DNA of 39,520 nt from Methanobacteriota archaeon (lineage in GTDB: Archaea; Thermoplasmatota; Poseidoniia; Poseidoniales; Thalassarchaeaceae): NCBI GenBank assembly GCA_002708385.1, contig PANM01000038.1, positions 1-39,520 of the forward strand, given 5' to 3'. The notes below the pieces were generated by a model. The model saw only the letters and a list, made by a program, of their open reading frames with translations. It was not told the origin of the DNA and searched no databases. The position numbers were made by a program, and so were the translations under genes. Shown in pieces: positions 17,775 through 27,786 of the stretch; the first letter of the stretch is position 1; every line of letters begins with the position of its first letter.

Positions 17775-20700
17775 TGGCAGAGAAGCCACTAGACCTCAGG
17801 CCACTAGTCTTAGTGGTGATGATTCTAATCATGGATATGGGGATTGGAGTATCCGCATCTCCAATCATTCAAAATGAAGAATTAATTAGTCAAGAAAGAC
17901 CCGAAAATTGGCCTCCTGCCCTAATTTGTGGGGATACAGAATGTGAACCAATCGATCGTTCAACTCGAGAACCCCCTTTCGATGCAGGATTCCCGGTGGA
18001 GGAAGAGGGTTGGTGGTTTGGCTATTGGTATGATTTGGACTCAAATGGAATGGATGATAGATTACAAAGAATCATCGCGGGCCAGCGTCAATCTGTCTCC
18101 CCCACAGCAATTATTGGATTGGATGGAAAACCCACAGTCGCAATAGTCGTAGATTATGCTTGGCATCCCGGTGATAGCGATAAATCTGCCCTAAAGGATG
18201 TTCTGGAGTCTCATGGCTGGGATCAAGATGGATCTTGGTTCTTCGAGATGGATATTCTAGACAGTATAGTTCTGGACCATGTGCCAGTTAGTGCTTTAAT
18301 CGAGATCTGGCAATTAGACGGGGTTGTCATGGTTGAGGAACAAAATGTAATTGTTCCATTTCTTGATACTGCCACTAGAGGCTCAAAGGTAAGAGATTCA
18401 GAACGTTATGATGAAACCATGCGAGATTTCGGTTACGATGGCTCAGGAGTTGTTATCGCAATTCTAGACACAGGAGTTGATAATGAGCATTTCTCACTAG
18501 ATGACTTCTCTGACCAAAATGACGACAATGAGAATGATCCAGAAGATTTGCCAGATCCCAAATGGGTTGCTGGTTGTGATGCTACATCCCTCAATCAAAA
18601 CGAGTGCAGCAATGAAGGGACGTATGACCCAGATGACGGAGATGGTCATGGAACCCATGTTGCTGGGATTGCCCTAGGGACGGGTGATTCTAGGCGAATA
18701 AATCAGGGATATGCACCAGGGTCCTATCTAGTTGATGTCAAAGTAATGACCGATACAGGTGGAACAAATTCTGCTGCTACTTTGAAAGGTATCAATTGGG
18801 TAGTCGCGAACGTCGAAACCGACTGGGGGAACAATGATTCAAGCGAAGGAATACAAGTTATGTCCATGTCATTTGGAAGTCTTGGGGACCCAAATGGAGA
18901 CGACCCCGGAGATAACGGATCGGCTGCTGATGCTAGGGCGGTCAATCAAGCAGCAGAGGCTGGAATTGTACCAGTTGCTGCCATCGGGAATGATGGGCGA
19001 AGAAGAGTAACATCAGTTGGTGCTGCAGATCAGGCAATTACAGTCGGAGCGATTGATGACAAGGACACCATAGACAGAGGGGATGATTCTATTGCTTCTT
19101 ATTCTAATTCAGGGCCAAGAGAAAGTGACGGAGATAGCGATGAAGATGAGGAATTGAAACCTGATGTAGTAGCACCGGGTTCTGACATGATGTCTGCAAG
19201 ACACGCAGAATCCTCAAGTCAAATTCCAGGAACGCCAAAGCCCTTGGCAGAGGATAGCTACCATGAATTGAGTGGGACAAGTATGGCTTGTCCCGCGGTT
19301 GCTGGCTTGGTCGCGGTGATACTACAGATAAGTCAGGAAGAAGGACTTGATCTTGATCCTGCTGAAGTTAAGGAGATACTAAGAGAAAATTCCGAGCCAA
19401 GGGGTGAGGCCTCAGAACCGGATATTTCGGACACTTGGAATGACAGGTATGGATTTGGAATAATTGATGGAAATAGAATTGTTTCTGCATTACTTGGGGA
19501 TGGTGGAGGCGGAGACCCGGGTGATAATACAACTGAGCCTCCTCCGCCTGGCGAAGGCGATTGGTTAGTTTTTGAACGCCCTCTTGAAGATTCTTGGCTG
19601 GTTGAAGGAGAGACCTATTCGGTGAGAGGACATGTTGATGATGAAGCCAAAACAAATGGTACCATCGAGGAGATTCAGGTCAAGATTGCTTATACTTACA
19701 AACCAGAAGGTTCACCCACTCAAGAAGAGATACTCGTAGATTGGCATACAGCTCAAGGAACTGTAAATTGGACTACAGAATTTACCATTCCAGATTTCGA
19801 AGAGGATGAGATTAATGCCTTGGAAATCAAAATCTCAGTACAGGCACGTAACGAATGGGATCAATGGAGCGACATACAAAAAAGAACTCACGAAATTGGC
19901 AGGGTCACATTGACTTTAGACAGCCCGAGTGGACAAAATTCAGTTGTAGGCGATGTGCAATTCGAAGGAGAATATGAAACTGTAAATGGCGGTACTATCC
20001 AATGGAGAATTGGGAAAGAAGATTGGGTTGATGCCCGAACCTATTTTGGTTCAGGAGGAACTACTGATATGTTCAGTTTTTCTTGGGACTCGACTGAACA
20101 TCCGGATGGCTCTCAACGTATTTCATTACGCTTTGTTAGCGGAACCGGAGTGCGCTCAGAAGAAGTCAGAGTCACATTAGAAATCGACAATCAACCGCCA
20201 GCTCCTGACTTGATGTTCAGAAGCGGACTAACTGTTTCCGAATGGGGAATTCCTATGTCTGAAACATTCGTTAATTCCTTTGTTGAAGTTAGTACGGAAA
20301 TCAGAAATGATGGCGACCAATCCGCCACCAATGTTGTGGTTTTTCTCCTTGAAGAAGGAACTAGAAAACACGAACTAACTATTCCTTCTATAGACTCCGG
20401 AGATATTGTTCAATTGACTCATTACTGGAACCCACTTGTAGTTGGTAAACGCCAACTAACGGTCGCTCTGGACCCCGGTGATGCGATTTTTGAAATCGAT
20501 GAAACAAATAACGATCAGAGTATAGAATTTGATGTTATTCAGAGACCCGAAGGGGTTGACTTATCTTTCCCCAACGGAGCATTCACAACAACTCCAATAA
20601 TTCCAAGACCAGGTGAACAATTCCAAATTAATGCTCGAATTACAAATTTAGGTTCATTCAGGGCGGAGGAAATTGAAGCGCAACTTCATCTGTACACAAA

Positions 20701-22576
20701 CAGGGGATGGGAGTTAACCTCCTCGACTACAATTCCTTCCATGGAAGGTGCTGAAGCAAAAACTGTATCCTTCGCACAAACATATGAAGAAGGTGGTGCA
20801 TTCAAATTTAGAGTTAGCCTTAGTGGCCCAGTACTTTCAGATATAGATTGGTCTAACAATCAGGCAGAATGGACCGTTGTTGTAGAAAAAAGTACTACCT
20901 CAGGGGGTAGGGCATTAAATTTCCAGACAGGAGAAACCCCAGTTGAAGTGATTGATTTGAATGATGAGGGGCTAGTAGTAACATCCAAAGATGGCGGACT
21001 AGGACTTTACAGATTGAACTCAAACAAAGGTATGACAGCATGCTCGAATATGTTGGAAGAAAAATGGTCGGGTGATTTTGCAGCAGCTACTACTTCAGAT
21101 GGTTTCGCGCACATCGTTTGGACTCGTAGATTCCTCGACACTAATGGTTACTTGAAGCAGACTGTTTCCTATTCAACAATTGATTCTTCTTGTGAGATGA
21201 CGCCAATTCAAGACCTTATGGACCCAATTGTATTATCTGATGGCAAATATTGGGGTTTAGACATTGATGTTGATGGAACCAAATTACTCGTAGCCGGCTA
21301 TCACCGTGACCTCTGGACCGGCGGTACATTGCAAGACTTGACTAGCATCTTTGTCCTAGAAGCTAATCCACCGACCTCCTCAAAGAGTTGGAGCCTAACT
21401 CCAAATGTCATATCTGATATTGATGTAGTTGCAGGATATACAGATCCAGTGCAAATTGAATATGGAGATGAAGATGGGCATATTCTATACCAGTCAATGC
21501 GCAATGATACAACAGGTAAAGAAAGGCTAGGATTATGGTATGCTCACGGAGACATAAAACAATCATCCTGGACTTACAAAAAAGCTGTTGGAGACTATGC
21601 ATCATTAGCACAGATGAAAGTTCAAACGATCGATGGAGATGATAGGCTTGTAGTTGCTTGGAAAGAAGGCACTGGCATAGATAGTATACTAATTACTAAA
21701 ATCGTTGATGATTCATTTAGTGTAATTGAAAACAGTTCAATTGAAATTGCTGCAACTGGGATTTCCCAGGTTGTCTTCATAGAAACCGAACGCGGTATCC
21801 AGCTAATACACGATATGGTTGGCCATAGTGGCCCACAGGTCCACTACGGAATTATCTACCCCGAGGATTTATCGATAGCAATCTCAAATCGAATATCAGA
21901 TGGATGGCTGCATTCCGGAAGTCGCTCACCGATTAGTGGAGAATTAGTTATTGTTCATACTTCAACACAAGGTTGGGTTATACGAGCGGTTATAGATGAT
22001 AGTAAACCAAATTCCGGCCCTGTTGATATCCTAGAAGAACTACGATTTCAACTAGGATTAGATGAAAGTAGTTTCAACATTTTAGTTGGTGGAGTTGCAA
22101 TCGCGGTTTTACTACTTTGTACCATTGTTCTTGGGGTTATGTCAGGTCGTGCAATCCGTTGGATGGGAGGTCGAAGACGCAAACAAGCAGAAGGCATTGT
22201 TATGCTGGAAGATGATGTTGTAGACGTCATAGATGAGGATGATATTACCGTAAAGACGATTGATACATCCTCTATTGTTGAAGTCGTAGAGATGGACGGA
22301 AAAAAGACATCGCCACGTCAAGATAGACGGCAAATGCGTGCCATAAACGCTGAGAGAGCAGAAATCCCTACACCTACACCAAGTATGATTCAACCAACAA
22401 CAAACCAAGGGACGGTTGCTGAACCCTTACCTCCAATAGGTGAAGCACCAGCACCTCCAGAACTTCCTCCGATGAATAAGCCTGTTATTTGTCCAGAGTG
22501 TGAAAGTCGATTTGACGTCGCATTTGAGCTGAAAATGACTCGTTGTCCGATTTGTGCAGTGCGTATCGATCTGTGA
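17774..22576 (+). CDS. Membrane-anchored S8 (subtilisin-like) serine protease with CARDB/Ig-like domains and C-terminal zinc ribbon
   Basis: Triad AILDTG / HGTHVAG / SGTSMACP; CARDB motifs (PDL...IRNDG...IFEIDETNN; VDL...ITNLG...DWSNN); TM near the C-terminus; CPEC-x14-CPIC. Confidence 0.9.
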   Translation: MAEKPLDLRPLVLVVMILIMDMGIGVSASPIIQNEELISQERPENWPPALICGDTECEPIDRSTREPPFDAGFPVEEEGWWFGYWYDLDSNGMDDRLQRIIAGQRQSVSPTAIIGLDGKPTVAIVVDYAWHPGDSDKSALKDVLESHGWDQDGSWFFEMDILDSIVLDHVPVSALIEIWQLDGVVMVEEQNVIVPFLDTATRGSKVRDSERYDETMRDFGYDGSGVVIAILDTGVDNEHFSLDDFSDQNDDNENDPEDLPDPKWVAGCDATSLNQNECSNEGTYDPDDGDGHGTHVAGIALGTGDSRRINQGYAPGSYLVDVKVMTDTGGTNSAATLKGINWVVANVETDWGNNDSSEGIQVMSMSFGSLGDPNGDDPGDNGSAADARAVNQAAEAGIVPVAAIGNDGRRRVTSVGAADQAITVGAIDDKDTIDRGDDSIASYSNSGPRESDGDSDEDEELKPDVVAPGSDMMSARHAESSSQIPGTPKPLAEDSYHELSGTSMACPAVAGLVAVILQISQEEGLDLDPAEVKEILRENSEPRGEASEPDISDTWNDRYGFGIIDGNRIVSALLGDGGGGDPGDNTTEPPPPGEGDWLVFERPLEDSWLVEGETYSVRGHVDDEAKTNGTIEEIQVKIAYTYKPEGSPTQEEILVDWHTAQGTVNWTTEFTIPDFEEDEINALEIKISVQARNEWDQWSDIQKRTHEIGRVTLTLDSPSGQNSVVGDVQFEGEYETVNGGTIQWRIGKEDWVDARTYFGSGGTTDMFSFSWDSTEHPDGSQRISLRFVSGTGVRSEEVRVTLEIDNQPPAPDLMFRSGLTVSEWGIPMSETFVNSFVEVSTEIRNDGDQSATNVVVFLLEEGTRKHELTIPSIDSGDIVQLTHYWNPLVVGKRQLTVALDPGDAIFEIDETNNDQSIEFDVIQRPEGVDLSFPNGAFTTTPIIPRPGEQFQINARITNLGSFRAEEIEAQLHLYTNRGWELTSSTTIPSMEGAEAKTVSFAQTYEEGGAFKFRVSLSGPVLSDIDWSNNQAEWTVVVEKSTTSGGRALNFQTGETPVEVIDLNDEGLVVTSKDGGLGLYRLNSNKGMTACSNMLEEKWSGDFAAATTSDGFAHIVWTRRFLDTNGYLKQTVSYSTIDSSCEMTPIQDLMDPIVLSDGKYWGLDIDVDGTKLLVAGYHRDLWTGGTLQDLTSIFVLEANPPTSSKSWSLTPNVISDIDVVAGYTDPVQIEYGDEDGHILYQSMRNDTTGKERLGLWYAHGDIKQSSWTYKKAVGDYASLAQMKVQTIDGDDRLVVAWKEGTGIDSILITKIVDDSFSVIENSSIEIAATGISQVVFIETERGIQLIHDMVGHSGPQVHYGIIYPEDLSIAISNRISDGWLHSGSRSPISGELVIVHTSTQGWVIRAVIDDSKPNSGPVDILEELRFQLGLDESSFNILVGGVAIAVLLLCTIVLGVMSGRAIRWMGGRRRKQAEGIVMLEDDVVDVIDEDDITVKTIDTSSIVEVVEMDGKKTSPRQDRRQMRAINAERAEIPTPTPSMIQPTTNQGTVAEPLPPIGEAPAPPELPPMNKPVICPECESRFDVAFELKMTRCPICAVRIDL

Positions 22577-22585
22577 GGTCGAAGA

Positions 22586-23218
22586 ATGCGTAGGTTACAT
22601 CTAGCATCTGCTTCCCAAAGGCGACTAACTTGGATAAAACAAAAATTTGAGAACTTCGAAATCACCTCTGCGGCATTACTCTTTGAAGAACCTAAACCAA
22701 AATGGGGGGCACCAGTAAAGGAACAAGTCGAATTTTCTTGTCTGAAGAAAGCACAAGCGGCAGCAAGAGAAGGTATTGTCAGCCAACAAGCAGGACATGA
22801 ACATCCTGAATTTGTAATGGTATCTGATACAATAGTCTCAGACCCAGATGACCCTTTAATGCCAATGGGAAAACCTGACGATGGTCAGCATGCTATGGCG
22901 ATGTTACTGAGACTCTCAGGAAATAGACACAGAGTATGGTCTTCAACGGCACTGATTTACCCCTTGAGTGACTTTGGAGAACATCAGTTGCATGGAGGGT
23001 GGACAGCAGACTTTTGGACGGAATCGGCGGTTGTGGAATTTGATGAGTTAAGCGAAGACAGATTATTGCAATTAGTGAGTAGTGAGTCCTGGAAAGGAAA
23101 AGCCGGAGCATATGATTTGGCAGGGGATGTATCAGAGGATACTAGACTTCTAGATGGAGAAGAGGTTACTGTGCTAGGATTTGCCCCTTCTGCAATAAAA
23201 AAATTGGAATCACTTTAG
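22586..23218 (+). CDS. maf: Maf family nucleoside-triphosphate pyrophosphatase
   Basis: LASASQRR, SDTIV, GKP, LSGNRHRV, GKAGAY. Confidence 0.88.
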   Translation: MRRLHLASASQRRLTWIKQKFENFEITSAALLFEEPKPKWGAPVKEQVEFSCLKKAQAAAREGIVSQQAGHEHPEFVMVSDTIVSDPDDPLMPMGKPDDGQHAMAMLLRLSGNRHRVWSSTALIYPLSDFGEHQLHGGWTADFWTESAVVEFDELSEDRLLQLVSSESWKGKAGAYDLAGDVSEDTRLLDGEEVTVLGFAPSAIKKLESL

Positions 23219-23221
23219 GCA

Positions 23222-23692
23222 TTATTTATTCCGAGAATTCCACCAAATTGGATCGGACTCTGCCTTTTCGACTAAAATTCTCAAAGCCTTAAGTGTGCTC
23301 TCGTCAAAATGATGCTCGATTCCTTCAGTATCAATATGGGCTGTTTCTTCGTCAACCTCGAGACTACGTAGAAACCTGACAAGTAAACTATGTCTATCTC
23401 TGAGATTTATTGCCGCATTTCTGCCAGTTTCAGTTAGATTTGCTCCTTGATATCTCTCGTATTCAACTAAGCCTTCTTCGTAGAGCCTTTGCAGCATTTT
23501 TGTGACTGAAGGCCTGGCCACTGCCAATAAATCCGCTATTCTGGCAGGTTTTGCTTGACCTTCTACCAACTCTAATTCATGAATTACTTCTAGGTAGTCT
23601 TCAACTCTAACAGAATGGCGTTTCGATCTTCTAACACCATCTGCCTCATGTGCGGAACGGAGTGCTTCGAGTCTTTCACCGTCCATATTCAC
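23222..23692 (-). CDS. mntR: DtxR/MntR family metal-dependent transcriptional regulator (MntR-like, no SH3/FeoA domain)
   Basis: VEDYLEVI, HTH IADLLAVARPSVTKMLQRL, RH, DTEGIEHH; GTG start overlaps the nfu stop. Confidence 0.85.
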   Translation of the reverse strand: MNMDGERLEALRSAHEADGVRRSKRHSVRVEDYLEVIHELELVEGQAKPARIADLLAVARPSVTKMLQRLYEEGLVEYERYQGANLTETGRNAAINLRDRHSLLVRFLRSLEVDEETAHIDTEGIEHHFDESTLKALRILVEKAESDPIWWNSRNK

Positions 23693-24168
23693 ACCTCGAC
23701 AAAAGTTACCCCGCCATGTTTCAAAACAAACTCTCGTTGTAATTCATCGAACCACTGCAACATCTGCGAATCAAATCGTACAGACACCACTTCATCGTCC
23801 ATCAACAAGTCATCCTGAATTCCCTTCAACGTACCCGGAGCAGCGCCACATGAAACACAAGCCCCATCTAAATCAATAACAAGCGAAAGTGCAGATTTAC
23901 CCGAATGCTTTTGTTCAATATTTGATTGCGCAATCAACAGTCCTCCTCCGTGTCCATCAAGAGCAGCCCTTACCGGCCCTAATCTTGCCATAAGAGCAGG
24001 AATTAGATCAGGATGATTATCACTAACCAAATCAATTAGTGAAAGAGAACGAAGTCTGTCTAATTCTTGAGGATCATGGGCTTCCAATACTCTCTTTTCG
24101 GCCTCTTTTGCCATAATCGCCTCAACTTGGAGACGGTATATTTCGGCTAGTTCGTCTCCCTCTTCCAC
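23689..24168 (-). CDS. NifU/Nfu-type Fe-S cluster carrier
   Basis: VRAALDGHGG...LDGACVSCG...TLKGI Nfu domain with CxxC; divergent from sufCBD. Confidence 0.8.
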   Translation of the reverse strand: MEEGDELAEIYRLQVEAIMAKEAEKRVLEAHDPQELDRLRSLSLIDLVSDNHPDLIPALMARLGPVRAALDGHGGGLLIAQSNIEQKHSGKSALSLVIDLDGACVSCGAAPGTLKGIQDDLLMDDEVVSVRFDSQMLQWFDELQREFVLKHGGVTFVEV

Positions 24169-24225
24169 GATAGGTCGGCTACGCCACCCCTACTTCTGAT
24201 TGACCATCATTCCGGCTTGATGCAA

Positions 24226-24244
24226 CGACCGTCTCTGACGGTCG
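24226..24244. promoter_or_regulatory. 19-bp perfect palindrome (candidate operator) in the nfu/sufC divergent promoter
   Basis: CGACCGTC-TCT-GACGGTCG, just upstream of the TATA-like TTCAAAA of sufC; function inferred. Confidence 0.45.
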
Positions 24245-24286
24245 CATTCAAAAGGGATGATTCTTACCAAGAATTGAGATTCTCCT

Positions 24287-25057
24287 ATGGCATCTAGCAC
24301 ACCCGTCCTCGATATCAACGATTTACATGCTGGAATCGATGATACTCCAATTCTACGTGGAATAAATCTCACCATTCCGTCCGGAGAAATTCATGCTATA
24401 ATGGGACGTAATGGAAGTGGTAAGACCACAACAGCGAATATCATCATGGGTCATCCTGACTTTGAGATATCGAAAGGAACTGTGGAACTTGATGGAAACG
24501 ATGTCCTTGAGATGGAACCATGGGAAAGAGCCCGAGCAGGAGTTTTTCTATCATTTCAATACCCTCAAGCAGTTCCTGGTTTGCAAGTTGGTAACTTCCT
24601 AAGAAAGTCCGTTGCTGCAATCAGAGGTGAAGATGCTGCCAAAGGCCCTGAATTCAGAAGTAAATTGAAGCAAGCAATGAACGAACTCGACATCGATAGA
24701 TCGTTCCTAGCTAGATACGTAAACGATGGTTTCAGTGGTGGAGAGAAAAAGCGCTTTGAAATATTACAGTTGATGCTTTTGGAGCCAAAGCTATCAATTC
24801 TAGATGAAACAGATTCAGGTTTGGATATTGATGGAATTAGAACGGTTGCGAAGGGAATTAATGCCGCTGTTAGAAATTCGGATTCAGGGGCTTTGATTAT
24901 CACTCATTATTCTAGAATTCTAGAACATATCCAACCCGACAAGGTACACGTGCTAATCAAAGGTAGAATCGTCAAGTCAGGAGGCCCGGAATTAGCCCTC
25001 GAGTTAGAAGACAGAGGCTATGATTGGCTTGAAAATGACCCGGAGCAATCTGCTTGA
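24287..25057 (+). CDS. sufC: Fe-S cluster assembly ATPase SufC
   Basis: [38 protein letters not shown]. Confidence 0.95.
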   Translation: MASSTPVLDINDLHAGIDDTPILRGINLTIPSGEIHAIMGRNGSGKTTTANIIMGHPDFEISKGTVELDGNDVLEMEPWERARAGVFLSFQYPQAVPGLQVGNFLRKSVAAIRGEDAAKGPEFRSKLKQAMNELDIDRSFLARYVNDGFSGGEKKRFEILQLMLLEPKLSILDETDSGLDIDGIRTVAKGINAAVRNSDSGALIITHYSRILEHIQPDKVHVLIKGRIVKSGGPELALELEDRGYDWLENDPEQSA

Positions 25058-25077
25058 AAACGAATGGAGAGACAATT

Positions 25078-26487
25078 ATGGCATCAACAGAAGCAAGGGA
25101 AGCTGTAGGTGAGTATAGTGCAGGATGGCATGATCCAGAAAATGCTACTATACGCTTTGACTCTGGATTATCGGAGCAGGTTGTAAGAGATATTTCCGCA
25201 CTGAAAAATGAACCCGATTGGATGACGGAATTACGGGTCAAAGCTTTCCACAATTTCGAAAGTAAACCAATGCCCACTTGGGGTAACATGTCGATGCTGA
25301 AAGAAATTGATTTCGACGCAGTATGCTACTATCTTCGATCATCCAATGCAACCGAAAAAGACTGGGATGATGTCCCCGAAGATATACGAAATACTTTCGA
25401 TAAATTGGGTATTCCAGAAGCGGAACAGAAGTGGCTATCCGGAGTTACCGCACAGTATGAATCCGAGGCTGTTTATCACTCAATAAGAGAAGACTTAGAG
25501 CAACAAGGAGTGATTTTTCTCGATATGGACTCAGGATTGAGAGAATATCCTGAACTTGTCAAAAAGTGGTTTTGTTCTGTTGTTCCATATCAAGACAATA
25601 AATTCAGTGCTCTAAACACCGCGGTTTGGTCCGGCGGCTCTTTCATCTACGTACCAAAAGGTGTTCACGTAGAAATGCCGGTTCAGGCATACTTTAGAAT
25701 CAACGCCAAAAATATGGGCCAGTTTGAAAGAACATTAATTATCGCTGATGAAGGTAGCAGTATCCATTATGTTGAAGGTTGTACCGCACCAACATATTCA
25801 ACGGATTCGTTGCATTCTGCAGTAGTTGAATTAATTGCATTACCCGGCGCCCATATTCGGTACAGTACAGTTCAAAATTGGAGCACAAATGTCTACAACC
25901 TAGTAACAAAGAGAGGAATTGCTCACGAAAATGCAAAAATCGAATGGGTAGATGGGAACATCGGCAGTAAATTGACTATGAAGTATCCTGCTGTAATTTT
26001 GAAGGGAGAAGGAAGTCACGCGGAAGTAATTTCGGTAGCTTATTCAGGAAAGGGGCAGCATCAAGATGCTGGGGCAAAAATTCACCACCTTGCAAGTAAT
26101 ACAACCTCAAAGATTCTCTCCAAGTCGATTTCAAAGGATGGAGGTAGAGGCTCTTATCGAGGTATGGTTACAGTTTCGCCGAAGGCAGAAAACTGCAAAT
26201 TGAACGTTGTCTGTGACGCATTAATCTTAGACGATGGTTCACGTTCAGACACCTACCCCACGATGGAAGTTGCCAATCCAACAGCTCGTTGTGAGCACGA
26301 GGCCAGTGTCTCGAAAGTCAGCGACGACCAGGTATTCTACCTAATGAGTCGGGGGCATTCAGAGGAGGAAGCTCTCGCGATGATTGTAAACGGGTTCTTT
26401 GAACCATTTACTCGCGAATTACCTATGGAATATGCAGTTGAACTCAACAAATTGATGGCCCTTGAAATGGAAGGAAGCATCGGTTGA
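25078..26487 (+). CDS. sufB: Fe-S cluster assembly scaffold SufB
   Basis: [44 protein letters not shown]. Start at ATG 25078 (alternative TTG 25054). Confidence 0.95.
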   Translation: MASTEAREAVGEYSAGWHDPENATIRFDSGLSEQVVRDISALKNEPDWMTELRVKAFHNFESKPMPTWGNMSMLKEIDFDAVCYYLRSSNATEKDWDDVPEDIRNTFDKLGIPEAEQKWLSGVTAQYESEAVYHSIREDLEQQGVIFLDMDSGLREYPELVKKWFCSVVPYQDNKFSALNTAVWSGGSFIYVPKGVHVEMPVQAYFRINAKNMGQFERTLIIADEGSSIHYVEGCTAPTYSTDSLHSAVVELIALPGAHIRYSTVQNWSTNVYNLVTKRGIAHENAKIEWVDGNIGSKLTMKYPAVILKGEGSHAEVISVAYSGKGQHQDAGAKIHHLASNTTSKILSKSISKDGGRGSYRGMVTVSPKAENCKLNVVCDALILDDGSRSDTYPTMEVANPTARCEHEASVSKVSDDQVFYLMSRGHSEEEALAMIVNGFFEPFTRELPMEYAVELNKLMALEMEGSIG

Positions 26488-26499
26488 ATGGGTGAAATT

Positions 26500-27603
26500 A
26501 TGGATTCCGCAAGTCTGTATAAGTCACTGGAGGAGCCCGATAGGGCAGACCATCTTTGGAGATATACACCTTGGAGAAGAGTACATCCAACTGGTGATCT
26601 AACTGATATTCCGGATGCATCAGCACCTAAAGTTGGTCTGACTTGTTTGGATGAAAATGTAGCACTGGTAGGGATATCAATTGAAGAGGGAGGTGTGGGT
26701 GGAGAAATCCTAACAGAATCTGATAAGGTTACGGCTTCTTTCATCAAAGCCGTAGCTCGAGATTCGGCATTCACTCTAAGAGTTGAAAAAAATTTCATCG
26801 CAAGTTCACCAATTATCCTGGACATTGACACAGGTGACTCCGATTGTGCGCTTCACCTTACTCTAGACATTGGAAGAAACTGTGAATTCGAATTAATAAC
26901 TCAAATTAGCGGCTCCGCACCATGGACAGGATTTCTTCGAACTGGACGAGTTGGAAATGGAAGTATACTCAACGATGTTGTAATTGGCCACACTGACTGT
27001 GGAACCCTATTACGAGTCGATAGTGTATCGATTGGTAGAGATGCACAAGTAAAGACTGGTACTGTGAGTTCAGGAAGTGACAATACAAAGTCGGATTTAA
27101 GGTATAAAATGGCAGATACGGGTGGACATTTGAATGTACTTGGGTCGGTCCTTTCAGCACATGAAATGCACCTTGATCATCACATTGAGATACATCATGA
27201 CGCACCTGAAACATTCAGTCGGTTAAACTGGCATTCGGCCTGTGGAGGTAATTCTCGAACTGTAGGCACTGGTATGCTAAGGGTTTCCAAAGGAGCAAGA
27301 GGGGCAGATGCAGGTCAACTATTCCACAACCTATTATTGTCAGATAAGGCGAAAGCAGATTCGATTCCTGAATTAGAAGTTAGTGAACACGATGTGGTAG
27401 GATGTGGCCATGGCACTGCTAATGGACCTGTAGATGAAGAACAAATGTTTTACCTCGAATCAAGAGGATTCGACACTGAGGAAGCTAAAGATGCTCTTAT
27501 CGCGGCTTTCCTAAATACAACCCTTGTTGAGATGGGAAGTGAAACCCTTCACCATTGGTTAGCCGAACACTTACAAGACGAACTGGATGACCTCAAATCT
27601 TGA
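26500..27603 (+). CDS. sufD: Fe-S cluster assembly protein SufD
   Basis: WRYT, NLLLS...PELEV...GCGHG, MFYLESRG; ATG 26500 has a GGTGA RBS (alternative ATG 26488). Confidence 0.9.
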   Translation: MDSASLYKSLEEPDRADHLWRYTPWRRVHPTGDLTDIPDASAPKVGLTCLDENVALVGISIEEGGVGGEILTESDKVTASFIKAVARDSAFTLRVEKNFIASSPIILDIDTGDSDCALHLTLDIGRNCEFELITQISGSAPWTGFLRTGRVGNGSILNDVVIGHTDCGTLLRVDSVSIGRDAQVKTGTVSSGSDNTKSDLRYKMADTGGHLNVLGSVLSAHEMHLDHHIEIHHDAPETFSRLNWHSACGGNSRTVGTGMLRVSKGARGADAGQLFHNLLLSDKAKADSIPELEVSEHDVVGCGHGTANGPVDEEQMFYLESRGFDTEEAKDALIAAFLNTTLVEMGSETLHHWLAEHLQDELDDLKS

Positions 27604-27639
27604 GTAACCAATTTGGGCTTAATCCTCACCAGACCCATT

Positions 27640-27786
27640 ATGGATCACGATCATTGCGCTTCCATTCTATGTGAATGTGGATTTCAAGGTGCGGCAATTC
27701 CTATGAGGCAACACATGGAATGTCCACGATGTAGAAGAGTCGTAGAAGCATGTTGTGAGGGTGTTCCAGATTACTCTGGACACTAG
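27640..27786 (+). CDS. Small Cys/His-rich metal-binding protein (48 aa; not in ORF track)
   Basis: My translation: MDHDHCASILCECGFQGAAIPMRQHMECPRCRRVVEACCEGVPDYSGH (7 Cys, 4 His). It fills the gap after sufD and its stop overlaps the convergent gene's stop. Confidence 0.7.
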   Translation: MDHDHCASILCECGFQGAAIPMRQHMECPRCRRVVEACCEGVPDYSGH

